Source: Sphaeroforma arctica JP610 (lineage: Eukaryota). From it: a DNA stretch of 37,400 nt. The DNA is taken from the NCBI RefSeq assembly GCF_001186125.1, contig NW_014040056.1, forward strand, positions 5,624-43,023, written 5' to 3'. Below the pieces are notes generated by a model. It was not told where the DNA came from. It saw only the letters and a program-made list of their open reading frames with translations, and did no database searches. The translations under genes and the position numbers were made by a program. Positions within the stretch are counted from its first letter, which is position 1. The number at the start of each line of letters is the position of its first letter. Positions 11,501 through 21,662 of the stretch are shown one piece after another.

Positions 11501-14500
11501 CAGACGTGCATGTGGCGACAGACTGGCGGGTGTATAGCCGATGGGCCGCGTGAGGTACACGCGGACAAGAAGTGTGACGCTGTACTAGACGCCAAGACAT
11601 CAGGTGTGTAGTAGGCAGGCCTATAACGATGAACATCAGAGGTGTACATAGTAGGTAGCCATTTACAGTTATAACCCATGCAGGCCTTTTCAGATTGAAT
11701 CGCCTACCAAAGGCTCTACTTGTTTACATGTCTGAGCTACCTTCAGCGTTTGCGCCCATGGGCCTTGGCTGCGTTCTCGAGGTCTCCCTAACAGTGATAT
11801 ATACATGTGTATTTAGGGTTTTGGATATATATGTGTGTGTGTTTGTTCTGTCTGAGGCTGTGCTATCGTCTTAAAGTAGACGGGGGAACCACGTTAAAGT
11901 GTAACGCGATGACTTGTCTGCTTCTTCATGAATGAAGACGATGCTATTACATTCACAAGTCATGAACACAGACACTGTTATTACTTTAAGGTGTTCTCCA
12001 TCTGACTGTCACTAACTGTCGTTCCCATATATCTGCAGGTTTCTGCGAGTGTGGTGTGGAGCACTTTGGCGTTGTGCTGCGGATGGACTGTGGCCATGAA
12101 AAGACCACGTGCGAAGAAAAGTGTCAGAAAGCGGTGAGTCGCCTGTTCAGCATACTATGACTGTGTCTGTGTCTCCGATGAGTCGGCGTAGTGTGTTGAA
12201 GAGTGGATAGATGCTTTGCTGTGGAATTGTGTGGGGGGGGTTGGTACACATTTGTACTGCTGTGTCTGGACGCGCCTCAGTTATGGATAAGTACATTTAT
12301 AACTATTGTAAGTTCAAGATGTCAATAGTATTTGGATACTTTCTCAATGGTATTTAAATCCTTTTTAAATAGTATTTGAATACTTTCTTAAATAGCATTG
12401 GAGTCCACTTTGGGCGTTCTCGCGGCATAGTGCGTGCGGGAGACCATTGCTCATCTCTCCGTCTGTGTAATCCTGTAGTACGCATCCGGTACCTTTCCAC
12501 TTACACCGCAAAACAATTCACATCAATTAAATGCGTATGTGAGTGTATTACTATTTCTACTGTCTCTTACGTACACATCTGTCAATTTATATCAATCACA
12601 TGCGTATGTGAGTGTATTACTATTTATACTATCTCCTACGTACACATCTGTCAATTTATATCAATCACATGCGTATGTGAGTGTATTACTATTTATACCA
12701 TCTCCTACATACACGTCTGTCAATTTATAACAAGCACATGCGTATGTGAGTGTATTACTATTTATACCATCTCCGACATACACGTCTGTCAATTCATACC
12801 AATTAAATGCGTATGTGAGTGTATTGCTATTTTACTTTACATACACATCTGTCAATCCAGATCAATCACATACGTATATGAGTGTGCGTGTACTGCTATT
12901 TATACTATCTCATACTTACATGTACATCCCCACATGTATATACTCATATCCTCATCACTTTGTCCGGACATTGCAGCACGAAGACAGTCGCAATGAGCGT
13001 CTTGCGCAGTGCATGTTCAAACAGACGGCCAAGTGCGACCCCGATGGCCCAGCAGAAGTCAACGAAGACAAAGACTGTCTCACCATCATCCACCACGGCA
13101 CCTCAGGTGAGTAGGGTGTTTTCGCATGCATTTGTAATTTGTATGCGTGTATGTGTGTGTGTTCATGTATATATATATGTACATCTATGTCTATATATAT
13201 ATATATATATGTATAAAATATCTATCTATACATTTATGAATGTATATATATCTATTTATATCTATCTGTCTATATATATATGTGTGTGTGTGTGTACTAT
13301 ATATATGTATATGTAAATATGTTTATGCTTGTTACTTTTGTTTTTGCTTGATATGTGGTGTGTATCCTCCGAACGGTGTATTTTCTCTGCACACCAAATC
13401 GTACCGGGCAGGTTGGTTGCTCGACTGGCATGTGCATACTATGCTTACTCCTGGTATTTCAGTAAACGTTAAGTCTATTCTCACCGTAAGTGTATCATAA
13501 GCCTATCATTTTCGTATTGTGTATATCCTCTCAAGCCTCGCCTCACCACGGCATCTCTTCGTACGCAGCCTGTATTCCCTCTCTAAGCCGCTGTCTGTAT
13601 TAACTCGCCCCTGTTTGTGTGGTAGGTCGCTGTGAGTGCTCACCCACTGGGCCTGTGCTCAAGTACACGTGCAAGCACGACCACTTCACGTGCAAGGACG
13701 TGTGCATGAAGGAGATGGCTCGCCTCGAGCACGAGATCACCGGAGACATCAAAGAGGGCCTGGCGGTGGACAAGGTAAGGGCATAACCCTAAATCAACCC
13801 CTAAATGACCATATATGGAATACAATCCTAGCATTATTATGCCTGGTTGGTTTTTTGGGGGGGGGGTATATATACTCCGGTTGTATGAGGGTGTGTGATT
13901 GTTTGATACTCTGGTAGTACTAGGGTATGTGATTGTATAGTGGCATCCGTTAGAGTGCTGCTGCTGTCGGCGTTGTGTGGTGTGCTTGAAGGACGTTCGG
14001 CATTTGGCGCAACATCGTGAAGCTGTCAGGAGAATGTGAGAATACGCGACATGCCACGCGCTGTTGTGACGACATTTTTGATTTGGGCCTGTGTTGGGAG
14101 TATATATTTATGTTTGGTTGTAGAATGTATTTACGTTTGGTTGTAGTATATATTTATGTTTGGTTGTAGTATATATTTATGTTGAGTTGTAGCATATATT
14201 TATGTTGGGTTGTAGTATATATTCGCTGCATGGACGATTGATCTCTTAGTTCATGCACGTGTTAGTGCTCGACTTTAACTCGTGAGATGTTAAGTCGAGA
14301 TCATAGTAGCTAGCGTAGCAGTATACCTGTTGATTGCTAACTCTGTATATCGCTCCCCTATAGGCCTTGACCGGGAATGCGCACGAGTATCAGAAAGGTC
14401 TGGTCGAGGATATGAAGAAGAACCACGCCGAGGCTGCTGCTGCTTGTATGTCGTGATACCTGTCATTGTATATTGATATATAGTTGTATCAAGGCATAAA

Positions 14501-15390
14501 TGTATATATATGTGTGTCTTATGTATACAATTATATATTGATATATATATATATATATATATACCTTTGACTCACTTCTATTTGTTTGTATTATGGAGTG
14601 TGGTTTAATTCAACTCAGATATTTCATAATGGTGGTAGCCATCTCTGAAGGTTTGGGCGCGATATCTATCTGAAGTAAATGCCAAATGCACTTAGGTTTT
14701 TTTTGTGCACGTACAGATAGTCCCACATGTACGTATTTCTGATGGCGAATGTAGTGACTTGCAGGCGCATACTATGTCTACCCGCTAGTGCAATGTCATG
14801 TATATATTCATAAATAACAAAACCTGTCATCAAAAGAGTGACATCAAGCTACGATTCTACATATGGTGCGACATATGCATCAGTACTTGTCAGCGATACC
14901 TTTGATTCAATGACACTAGCGTTAGCAGCCAGAAAGGTATACAGCCCCTCTGGCACCCACGTTGCAGTACTACATACAATAGCTATGTACCTACCCATCT
15001 CATGATGATTCAGATTGAAGGCCTAAATGTGCCTTTCATTATTAGGTTTCTTTGTCTGCGACTACGCTTTAACACAGTTCTCAGCTTGTGCTCGATTTTC
15101 TCACACCCCATGTTGCAGCCGCCTTGCGGCCTTTCTTGTATATCTTGCCTACCATATTAAGTTAGTATGTATATCAGTCCTTGGGTCATGTGATATTCAC
15201 AGACAGTAGCCTTATGCAGTTACCATCGTTGTGCTAATCTGTATCGTGGATTTGTATCTCATGTACAGCCGAGAAGCAAAATAACGCACAGCGTGCGATG
15301 GATGCCGAACCCGAGGGTGAATCCCAATTTGAAAAGCTGGGCCCGAGCAAGCGGCGATATTCGTTTGTGGGAAATCGTGATGAGTTGTAG
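5778..15390 (+). CDS. ERP44: ERp44-like ER thioredoxin-family chaperone with two inserted 8-Cys repeats; 13 exons, ~604 aa
   Basis: Exons: 5778-5879, 7537-7674, 8062-8229, 8781-8994, 9374-9552, 9852-9961, 10385-10610, 11504-11603, 12039-12133, 12977-13106, 13626-13774, 14364-14445, 15269-15390. All introns are GT-AG, the phases match, and the total is 1815 nt including stop. Protein features: signal peptide; APWCPYS (CxxS); VNCD...ITKYPTIK...[66 protein letters not shown]-tail [23 protein letters not shown]. All are ERp44 hallmarks. Confidence 0.93.
6055..6870. repeat. Compound (TA)n/(TG)n/(TATG)n microsatellite in ERp44 intron 1
   Basis: Low-complexity dinucleotide sequence visible directly; it generates spurious C/V/Y/I-rich ORFs. 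Confidence 0.95.
7537..7674 (+). CDS. ERP44: ERp44 exon 2 (a domain, CPYS active site)
   Basis: [46 protein letters not shown]; flanked by cctcag| and |gtaccg. Confidence 0.92.
7679..7880 (+). repeat. 34-bp minisatellite, 6 copies, ERp44 intron 2
   Basis: CGACATATACGTATAGATACATATAAATATATAT starting at 7679, 7713, 7747, 7781, 7815 and 7849. Confidence 0.92.
8062..8229 (+). CDS. ERP44: ERp44 exon 3 (a domain, C-terminal half)
   Basis: [56 protein letters not shown]; flanked by cacag| and |gtgtgt. Confidence 0.92.
8781..8994 (+). CDS. ERP44: ERp44 exon 4 (b domain)
   Basis: [11 protein letters not shown]...KKVVIAKF...[15 protein letters not shown]...; flanked by aacag| and G|gtgagt. Confidence 0.88.
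9374..9552 (+). CDS. ERP44: ERp44 exon 5 (b/b' junction)
   Basis: ...[24 protein letters not shown]; flanked by attag| and |gtacgt. Confidence 0.88.
9852..9961 (+). CDS. ERP44: ERp44 exon 6 (b' domain)
   Basis: [37 protein letters not shown]; flanked by ctgcag| and |gtactg. Not present in the ORF track. Confidence 0.9.
10385..10610 (+). CDS. ERP44: ERp44 exon 7 (b' domain and His cluster)
   Basis: [75 protein letters not shown]; donor |gtaagc. Confidence 0.95.
10990..11485 (+). repeat. Minisatellite of alternating 41-bp and 40-bp units (81-bp higher-order repeat), ERp44 intron 7
   Basis: Unit A is ATCATGCATGTGTATGTGGGGATGATCATACTTTTCCAATT; unit B is ATCATGAATGTGTATGTGGGTATTCTCATACTTTTCTATT; about 12 monomers. 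Confidence 0.9.
11504..11603 (+). CDS. ERP44: ERp44 exon 8 (Cys-rich repeat 1, first half)
   Basis: [33 protein letters not shown](G); flanked by tgcag| and G|gtgtgt. Confidence 0.85.
12039..12133 (+). CDS. ERP44: ERp44 exon 9 (Cys-rich repeat 1, second half)
   Basis: (G)[31 protein letters not shown]; branch point ACTAAC at 12011; flanked by ctgcag| and |gtgagt. Confidence 0.85.
12520..12925 (+). repeat. 69-bp minisatellite, ~6 copies, ERp44 intron 9
   Basis: TGCGTATGTGAGTGTATTACTATTTATAC... starting at 12532, 12601, 12670, 12739, 12808 and ~12871. Confidence 0.9.
12977..13106 (+). CDS. ERP44: ERp44 exon 10 (Cys-rich repeat 2, first half)
   Basis: [43 protein letters not shown](G); flanked by ttgcag| and G|gtgagt. 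Confidence 0.85.
13626..13774 (+). CDS. ERP44: ERp44 exon 11 (Cys-rich repeat 2, second half)
   Basis: (G)[49 protein letters not shown]; flanked by ggtag| and |gtaagg. Confidence 0.85.
14098..14222 (+). repeat. 23-bp minisatellite, ~5 copies, ERp44 intron 11
   Basis: Unit TATATATTTATGTTTGGTTGTAG repeated. Confidence 0.85.
14364..14445 (+). CDS. ERP44: ERp44 exon 12 (spacer)
   Basis: [27 protein letters not shown]; upstream GCTAAC branch-point-like motif; flanked by ctatag| and T|gtatgt. Confidence 0.8.
15269..15390 (+). CDS. ERP44: ERp44 exon 13 (regulatory C-tail with RDEL retention signal)
   Basis: (S)[39 protein letters not shown]; gtacag| acceptor, phase 1 matching exon 12. Resembles the ERp44 tail ESxFxKLxPSxxRY...RDEL. 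Confidence 0.92.
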
Positions 15391-15502
15391 TTCTCTCGCC
15401 GTCTGTTTTGTCGGTGCAGAAGTACCGCGTGAGGTAGAGATTTTGATAGTGAATAGGATATGTATACGTTTTGACAGGCGCTCTGGGTAGTGTTCTGTCG
15501 GA

Positions 15503-15508
15503 AATAAA
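15503..15508 (+). terminator. Candidate polyadenylation signal AATAAA for ERp44
   Basis: First AATAAA found about 113 nt after the stop codon. Confidence 0.4.
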
Positions 15509-17049
15509 GTGCAAGTAATACGCAAGTTGCAATTGGTGAGATCGTTTAATCTGCTATACAGTACATAGTGGGGTACTGCGCGTAAGCCTGTACGATTTAC
15601 CGTCTTCTCATTAGTAAATATACTATGGATTCGGATTTGCTTGAGATGCGGTCGAATACTACTGGGTCTCAAACAAAGCCAAAAGTAATTTATCAGACGT
15701 TATATGCTTGGGGTTAAGTTTGACACAGCGTTAATAATCAATAGTCTCGGAATGTGTGAAACTTCTCGCTCTGAGTCAGTTGGTACAAAACGAGCATCCG
15801 CCCTGCATGTTGCGTTTTGGCGCCATCTATGCTACAACCTGTTGTGACTGCATTATCTCACAGCTTCTTCAGATATCGTCGATATCTTAGCTTAAAATTC
15901 AGGACGTAATGGTCAGCTATGTATAAAAATCCTAAAGCTTTAAAAGACTTTTATCTGGGGGACTGCTGTGTGTAAGTGGATACCTTGCTAGTGACTTTGG
16001 TTACCTTGGTGGTGATGTTTGGGCGGGCGTATTTTTTGTGCAGCAAAAGCAGAACCTGTATCTCTCATCACCATGCGTCATGACTTCTTCGGCCTGGCTG
16101 GATTACGGTGAGATGATGACGTCTCGTTTCAATTTCCTCCCAGTAAAGAAAAAGCGGAGTCAGATCCCTCAAAATTTAGCCGGGGGGGAAACGAAATTCT
16201 TTCTAGCAATTGAATGGTTTGGTTTACCAATTGAGTCAATCATAGCAATTCACTTGTGAAGAAGAAAGTAAAATCAGATCTCATATTTGGCCAAGAAGGT
16301 AGAAGTAAGTAAAACGAATAGAAATATAAAGCTCTTTGCAGCAATTGCACGCGAGGGTTTATCGCACTCGGTTCGAGTACCGCAAATATTATGTCTAACT
16401 ACAATTTGTATTATTTGAATATTTGTACCATTCAACCACTACCACAAATATGAAGAAAAAAAACAAACTCGAAAGTAACAGAAGGTTGCAGGAGCTCGTG
16501 ATTGGTATGACGGAGAGATAATTGGCGTGATACTGATGCATTTTGATTTTGAAGGTCAACACACAAGCAGTCCTGTCGTTCGCTACATTTGATTAGTTGA
16601 TTGTGATACGATATCTCATTGAACCGTTAAGCCGAGCACCTCTACGAGAGATTCTTTTCTTCAGATCTGTGTTATTCCGTCCTAAAGTTGAGCATTGACG
16701 CAGCCAATTTGAATTTAATCAATATCTTCCTTCTCTACCAGAGCCGGGATTCTGCTTAGTCGAACAGTCCTACATCATGTGTAAAAATTCAGATAGAAAA
16801 CTTGCAAAACAACTTTTGTTAGTCGATTACAAATCGTATAAATCGGGACCACGCGCACAAATTAAACTAAACCACCACCGATATTTTTAACACTCCTCAT
16901 TTAAAAAAGAAAACATCTCGTAACTGGGCTCCAATTTATGGCACAACACTTCTAGAAGGACTTCAATAGGGCAGCTAGAAAACAGCATCGATACGACTAA
17001 TAAAATATGAAGTAGATCAGTTTTTATGCAAAAAAAAAAAACTTCCAGA

Positions 17050-17103
17050 GGTTACCTAAAATTACAAGGGTACCTAGAATTACAGGTTACCTAGAATTAC
17101 AGT
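17050..17103 (+). repeat. ~17-bp tandem repeat, 3 copies
   Basis: GGTTACCTARAATTACA repeated three times. Confidence 0.8.
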
Positions 17104-17471
17104 GAGAATTCAAGTATGTGACTTTCATAGCTTCACTAGTGCGTTGCACATATAATAATCACACATCAAAATACCGATTAATTAAGTTTACATGGCAAGA
17201 TATAATACGTTATAAACAAACCCAGAACTGTGTGTTGGGCAATAGAATTCATCCGCGGTGATTCATTGAACAGCACAGGGCATTTCATTGTACCTTTACT
17301 ATCTAAAAGACCAATAAGAAAGTGGAGAGCGAATGCTGATCCACATGTTGAGAGCGATTGCAAATACTATAACAGTATACTGTTGCTACACAAGGTGAGA
17401 GCGAAAAAATATACTGAAACAGAAAACCGTGGATCTCGTAGCAGCATACAATCACTTGGAAGGATAACGGG

Positions 17472-20400
17472 GTGATTTCAGTCTTTGTAATCGAAAGATA
17501 TAGTCAATGGGCAGTGGCCCATGATGAACACAATATGCCGGCGGGTGGGCCTTTTGTATACAACAGCACTCGAGGTAGGTGGTTTATTGCGGATAGGCAG
17601 TCGGATGTCGTGCATGAACATTTTCGTTATCGCACAAGGGGTTATTGGGAGCTTCGGCGCTGCTCGATTGAGGCAGTGGCTGCATATTGCCCTGCACCGG
17701 TGTATCCGGAGGGTCCACCTTCGATGTTTGGTGCTCCTGTATTGGATGGGAGGGTTCCACACCGCCTGTTGGGTTTGCCACAAAAGACTACGTGGGCTCA
17801 GGTGTGTGCGGATATCCGACTTCTGGCTGATCGTAAAGGCAAAGTTGAGCACATAATGCTTTTAAGGGTGCTTACCGACCCATCGGTGCGTGACCCGTTG
17901 TGTAGTGTTTATAATCATGAATTGGTTACACTCGGTTGTCGCCTTCGGGAGATGCATTTGTCACGAATGCATATACGGGTTTAACGTTGGAGGTTTTAAC
18001 AAGTGAACTAAACAAAAATGGTATTGCTTCATGTGCATTCATGGCAGCTAAATAAATGAACGCTAAGCCCCACCAACCGGTCTCAACATTTGGATATAGG
18101 GGGGCAAATACCAACCAAACAAACAGTGCGACATATCAAGCGAAACACTTGAAGGGGGGGCCTACTCACCCACCTCGGTCTCAACAGGCCGCACAAGGGG
18201 GAACTCTTATGCACATAACACTAATACAGCGAGTACCACTCGTTATACTACTCCCCCGAGAAGGGCGAGATCTTCGTATGACCCCTCCAGGGGTCGCTCA
18301 TATATGCCCAATAGAGCATATGAGCCTCGTTTGCGTGCGGCACCGCAGTGTACCACACGCAAGCTACGGCATAAGAGCCCTACGTGCCCTAAGTGTCATA
18401 CCTGTAATCATACAGGCCATTGGCGATCGGATTGTCCCCAGCAGGTAAATGCTGTGGCGACGACCGGATGACTTGCGGACGCGTGGACGGGACCGGTGAG
18501 TCATGCTGTGTGCGAAGATTTAGAGGTGGCCATCTATAATGATACTGGGGGAGGTACCTGCCGTGATGGCTCGCCTTTTTGCGGATCAATACCATTTTTC
18601 GGTTGTGGATATTGAACCTGTCAGGTTATGGGGATGATGGGATCATGCCTCTTTCTCACAGCACGGAGGGCACGTTGCTTCTTGAGGTAGTGGACGCCAA
18701 AGGGTGGGATACCTACCATGAGATGGCCAAGATTATTTTCTTACTGGTTCCTTGGATTCCACAGTCCTGTGACATTCTGCTTGGACTCGACCAGATGGAG
18801 AAAGAACTTCTCGGAACAACGTTGTATTCTCAGTCTGTTATCGCTGGTATTGTGTTCAGATGCTTCGAAGTTAGCGCGTGGAGCTTCTTTGTTTGTGCGT
18901 ATTCCTTGGGTGATTGTGAGGCATGTGATCAGGGAACTTTCTGACAGCGAGGTCTCAGCCATTGAGTTGGAATCTAAATCAGTTGAGCAATTTGATGAAC
19001 CGGATCTAAATATAGGTCTTGAAGCCATGTTATTGCAATACTCGGAGATTTCTATTAGGTCTACATGTGCTGTTTCTGAAGGTACCCCGTCTTTGAGGTA
19101 CCAACCGGTGACTCAGCCAATGAGTGAGACGCGAGTGGATAATGTTATTAAGATCCGGCGCCGGGATGGGACTCAAGGTTTTGGGCTCGTTCTGCGTGAA
19201 GTTCTTGATGTCGGCATTACGGTATATGTGTTTGATTGTTTATTCCTAGTACAGTTAATGTCTAGTACATTTAATCGGGCTCAGCGTAATTATGGGACCA
19301 CTGGCCGCGAATTTGTTGGGTGTGTTTATGCTACAATGGATTAGGGAATTGATACCGTTGCTTCAAGCACGCCCTTTTGTGATCCCACATGCTTTTGATA
19401 CTCTTTTGTTGAATGGCGATAGGCGATACGGCTGTCGGGTTCCCTCCTCGATCACATACGCAAGGGTGGACGGCAAGATTTTCGGTATGTGATCCCTCAA
19501 TCATTTTGGTCGGAGGTTGGTCGGGGAGGTCCGCATGCAAATATGTGCCTCGCGGCGGAGCGGTCCTCGGGGATGTGGTGTACAAGGCTCGTGTTCGGAG
19601 GATGACGATACTGAGCCCCGAGATCCAGCCCCCCTTGATGATGGACCGCAGGTTGTGTCTTTGGACCGTTCTTGGAAGTGGTCCTCGGCCAAACGATCGC
19701 CCTCACCGAGTAAGGTAATGGATCTTGATGATACTTATGGTGCTGGCCCACTGGTAGTTCCTTCTCCTTGTTTAAAAGATTTTGAATATCTTGAGCCTAT
19801 TGATCTTATGAGTGAGGATCGTGTATCATCGTTTGAGGATCGTATGTGTGATCGTGAAGTTGAGATGGATGATATGATTATCCCGCCTCCTAGTTTGGAA
19901 CCGGTGGAGGCTAGTACTGTTGTCAAACCTGTTGAACGTTTGGAGTTTGATGCGTGGACACTCTCTAGCCTTGAACAATATGCGTCTGGATCTTAAGCAG
20001 GGTTTTGTCGACTTGTCGGTAACTTCTTCTTGTGTTGATTCTCAAGAAGTACCATTGGGTACGGGGGAATTGGTGTATCAGGCTAGTTTGGAACCAGATA
20101 CCATGGTGGACTTACAGGATGTAGCACCTCGTACTGAAACGCGCCTGGCTCGTACGTTTTTGCCTACTGGTATGTGTTTGGCCATCACCCTTCGACGGAC
20201 AACCCTTTGTCTACACGTAGATAGAATAAGTCCGTGATTGAACAGGTTAGTTGTGATGTTGTTCCGCGCATTGAGGATTTGGATACGGTTTTGGTAAAAA
20301 TCGAACGTTTGCAGCCAACATCGGCGCGTCAATTAGTTTCGCCGCAGACAGTGTTACAGGTTGTGTGAAAATATCATTGTGGATACAGTCATCTTTTAAC

Positions 20401-21609
20401 GGACAGGTTGAGGGCTTTTGGTTCAGTCAAAATGTGGTTGGAATCTATCTCGGGCCCTCCTGGTGATTATTATTGCTACATGTGCTGAATGCATCTGGGT
20501 CGGCAAGCCGTTTGCATGTAAGAAGGGTCTCCTTCACCAACTGGAACGTGCAAGCACGATTGGGCAACAAATGAATCTGTATCCCCTGGTTTTGTCCGAA
20601 GATGAGAGGCTGCTGAACATATTAAGTATGCGCGTCAGGCGCAGAAGCGGACAGCGGATATTAATCGGGTGGATTGTCCGATGTTTGCTGTTGGTCGACA
20701 AGTTCTGTACACCCATATGGCCCCTCCTGTGCACAAGTTGGAAAAGGATTGGTTGGGCCCCGCGGTCGCTACGGCTTTGTTGCCGCCATTGGTACATTGC
20801 ATTCATAATGTGGGCCTTAGCAAAAAGTAAAGCTTAAAGCTTATGTTAAACCCATTGATCAGGAGGAGCAGCTCCCTCGGGGTGATGTTTCGACTTCTGC
20901 CGTTGGCTATTATATGTTTTATGATTCCCCTATCCAGGATATTTCGTCACGTGAGCGTCAGGATTTGGGTCGAGCCTTTCGGGTCTACATGCCGGCTATT
21001 CGTTCTCAGTATAGCCTCAATGTGGCTTACCAGGAGTGGGTCCGGCTGACGACTCTCTACACACACCAGCGCACGGATGGCTGGAATGCTGACCATGAAG
21101 AGTTTTGCTGTCGAAAGGGGAGGAAGTTCCTAATGTTCGGGGCAAATGCTCTACTTTGAAGCGCTTGTACCGTTACGTCAATGATCTGGCGTGCCGTTCC
21201 GAGAATTGGCTGAATGGCATTTGAAACACACGAGTGGCCATTTGACGTCTCGTTCTTTGGATCGGGAGGATTAGGAATATAGAGTCGGGACGTGAGGACT
21301 AGAGGCGCTGTAGGATTGGGTTTCGATAGTTTGATAGTGGTGGATGCCGACCCCAGTCTTGTTAGTTAGTCCTACGACTTGAGAGCCGCATGCCTTGGGG
21401 AGGTTGCAGTAAGGACTGAGTTCGGGTGCTTCTAGAGTAAGGTTGCCCTGTCCTCTTGGACTGGGACTGGACTATGGTCCTTTTGGATTGCACCCACTTA
21501 TACCTCGTGGGTGAATTGAACGAAGAATAGGTGGATTAGAATTGGACTACAGAGATGACGAGTCAAATGAGTCGACTGTCTTTTGACATCGGTCTTTGTA
21601 TGAACTACA
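17472..21609 (+). mobile_element. Decayed, internally deleted Ty3/Gypsy LTR retrotransposon (gag, PR, RNase H, partial integrase, possible chromodomain)
   Basis: Gag CCHC knuckle CHTCNHTGHWRSDC at 18394-18435. Protease NDTGG at ~18541 and DILLGLD at ~18770. RNase H DGTQGFGLVLRE...FNRAQRNYGTTGREFVG at 19165-19320. Integrase HHCC (YHCGYSH...ATCAEC) at 20375-20493 and C-terminal ARQAQKRTADINR..FAVGRQVL..KLEKDWLGP at 20625-20765. Domain order PR-RH-INT is Gypsy-type. There are many stops and frameshifts, and the boundaries are approximate. Confidence 0.85.
21309..21609 (+). repeat. Possible 3' LTR of the Gypsy element
   Basis: A purine-rich stretch precedes TGTAG at 21309, and the inverted end CTACA lies at 21605-21609. 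No matching 5' LTR was seen in the window. Confidence 0.3.
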
Positions 21610-21662
21610 GGTCTCGAGACAGTCGCTTAATTACTAGGTAATAAAAGCTAGCCACTACTACA

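Noticed and set aside
11094..11537. 147-aa repeat ORF ([17 protein letters not shown]...)
   Set aside because: Product of the 81-bp higher-order intronic minisatellite.
12376..12996. 206-aa Cys-rich repeat ORF ([23 protein letters not shown])n
   Set aside because: Product of a 69-bp intronic minisatellite, which keeps frame because 69 is a multiple of 3. It lies inside ERp44 intron 9 and is unrelated to the real Cys modules.
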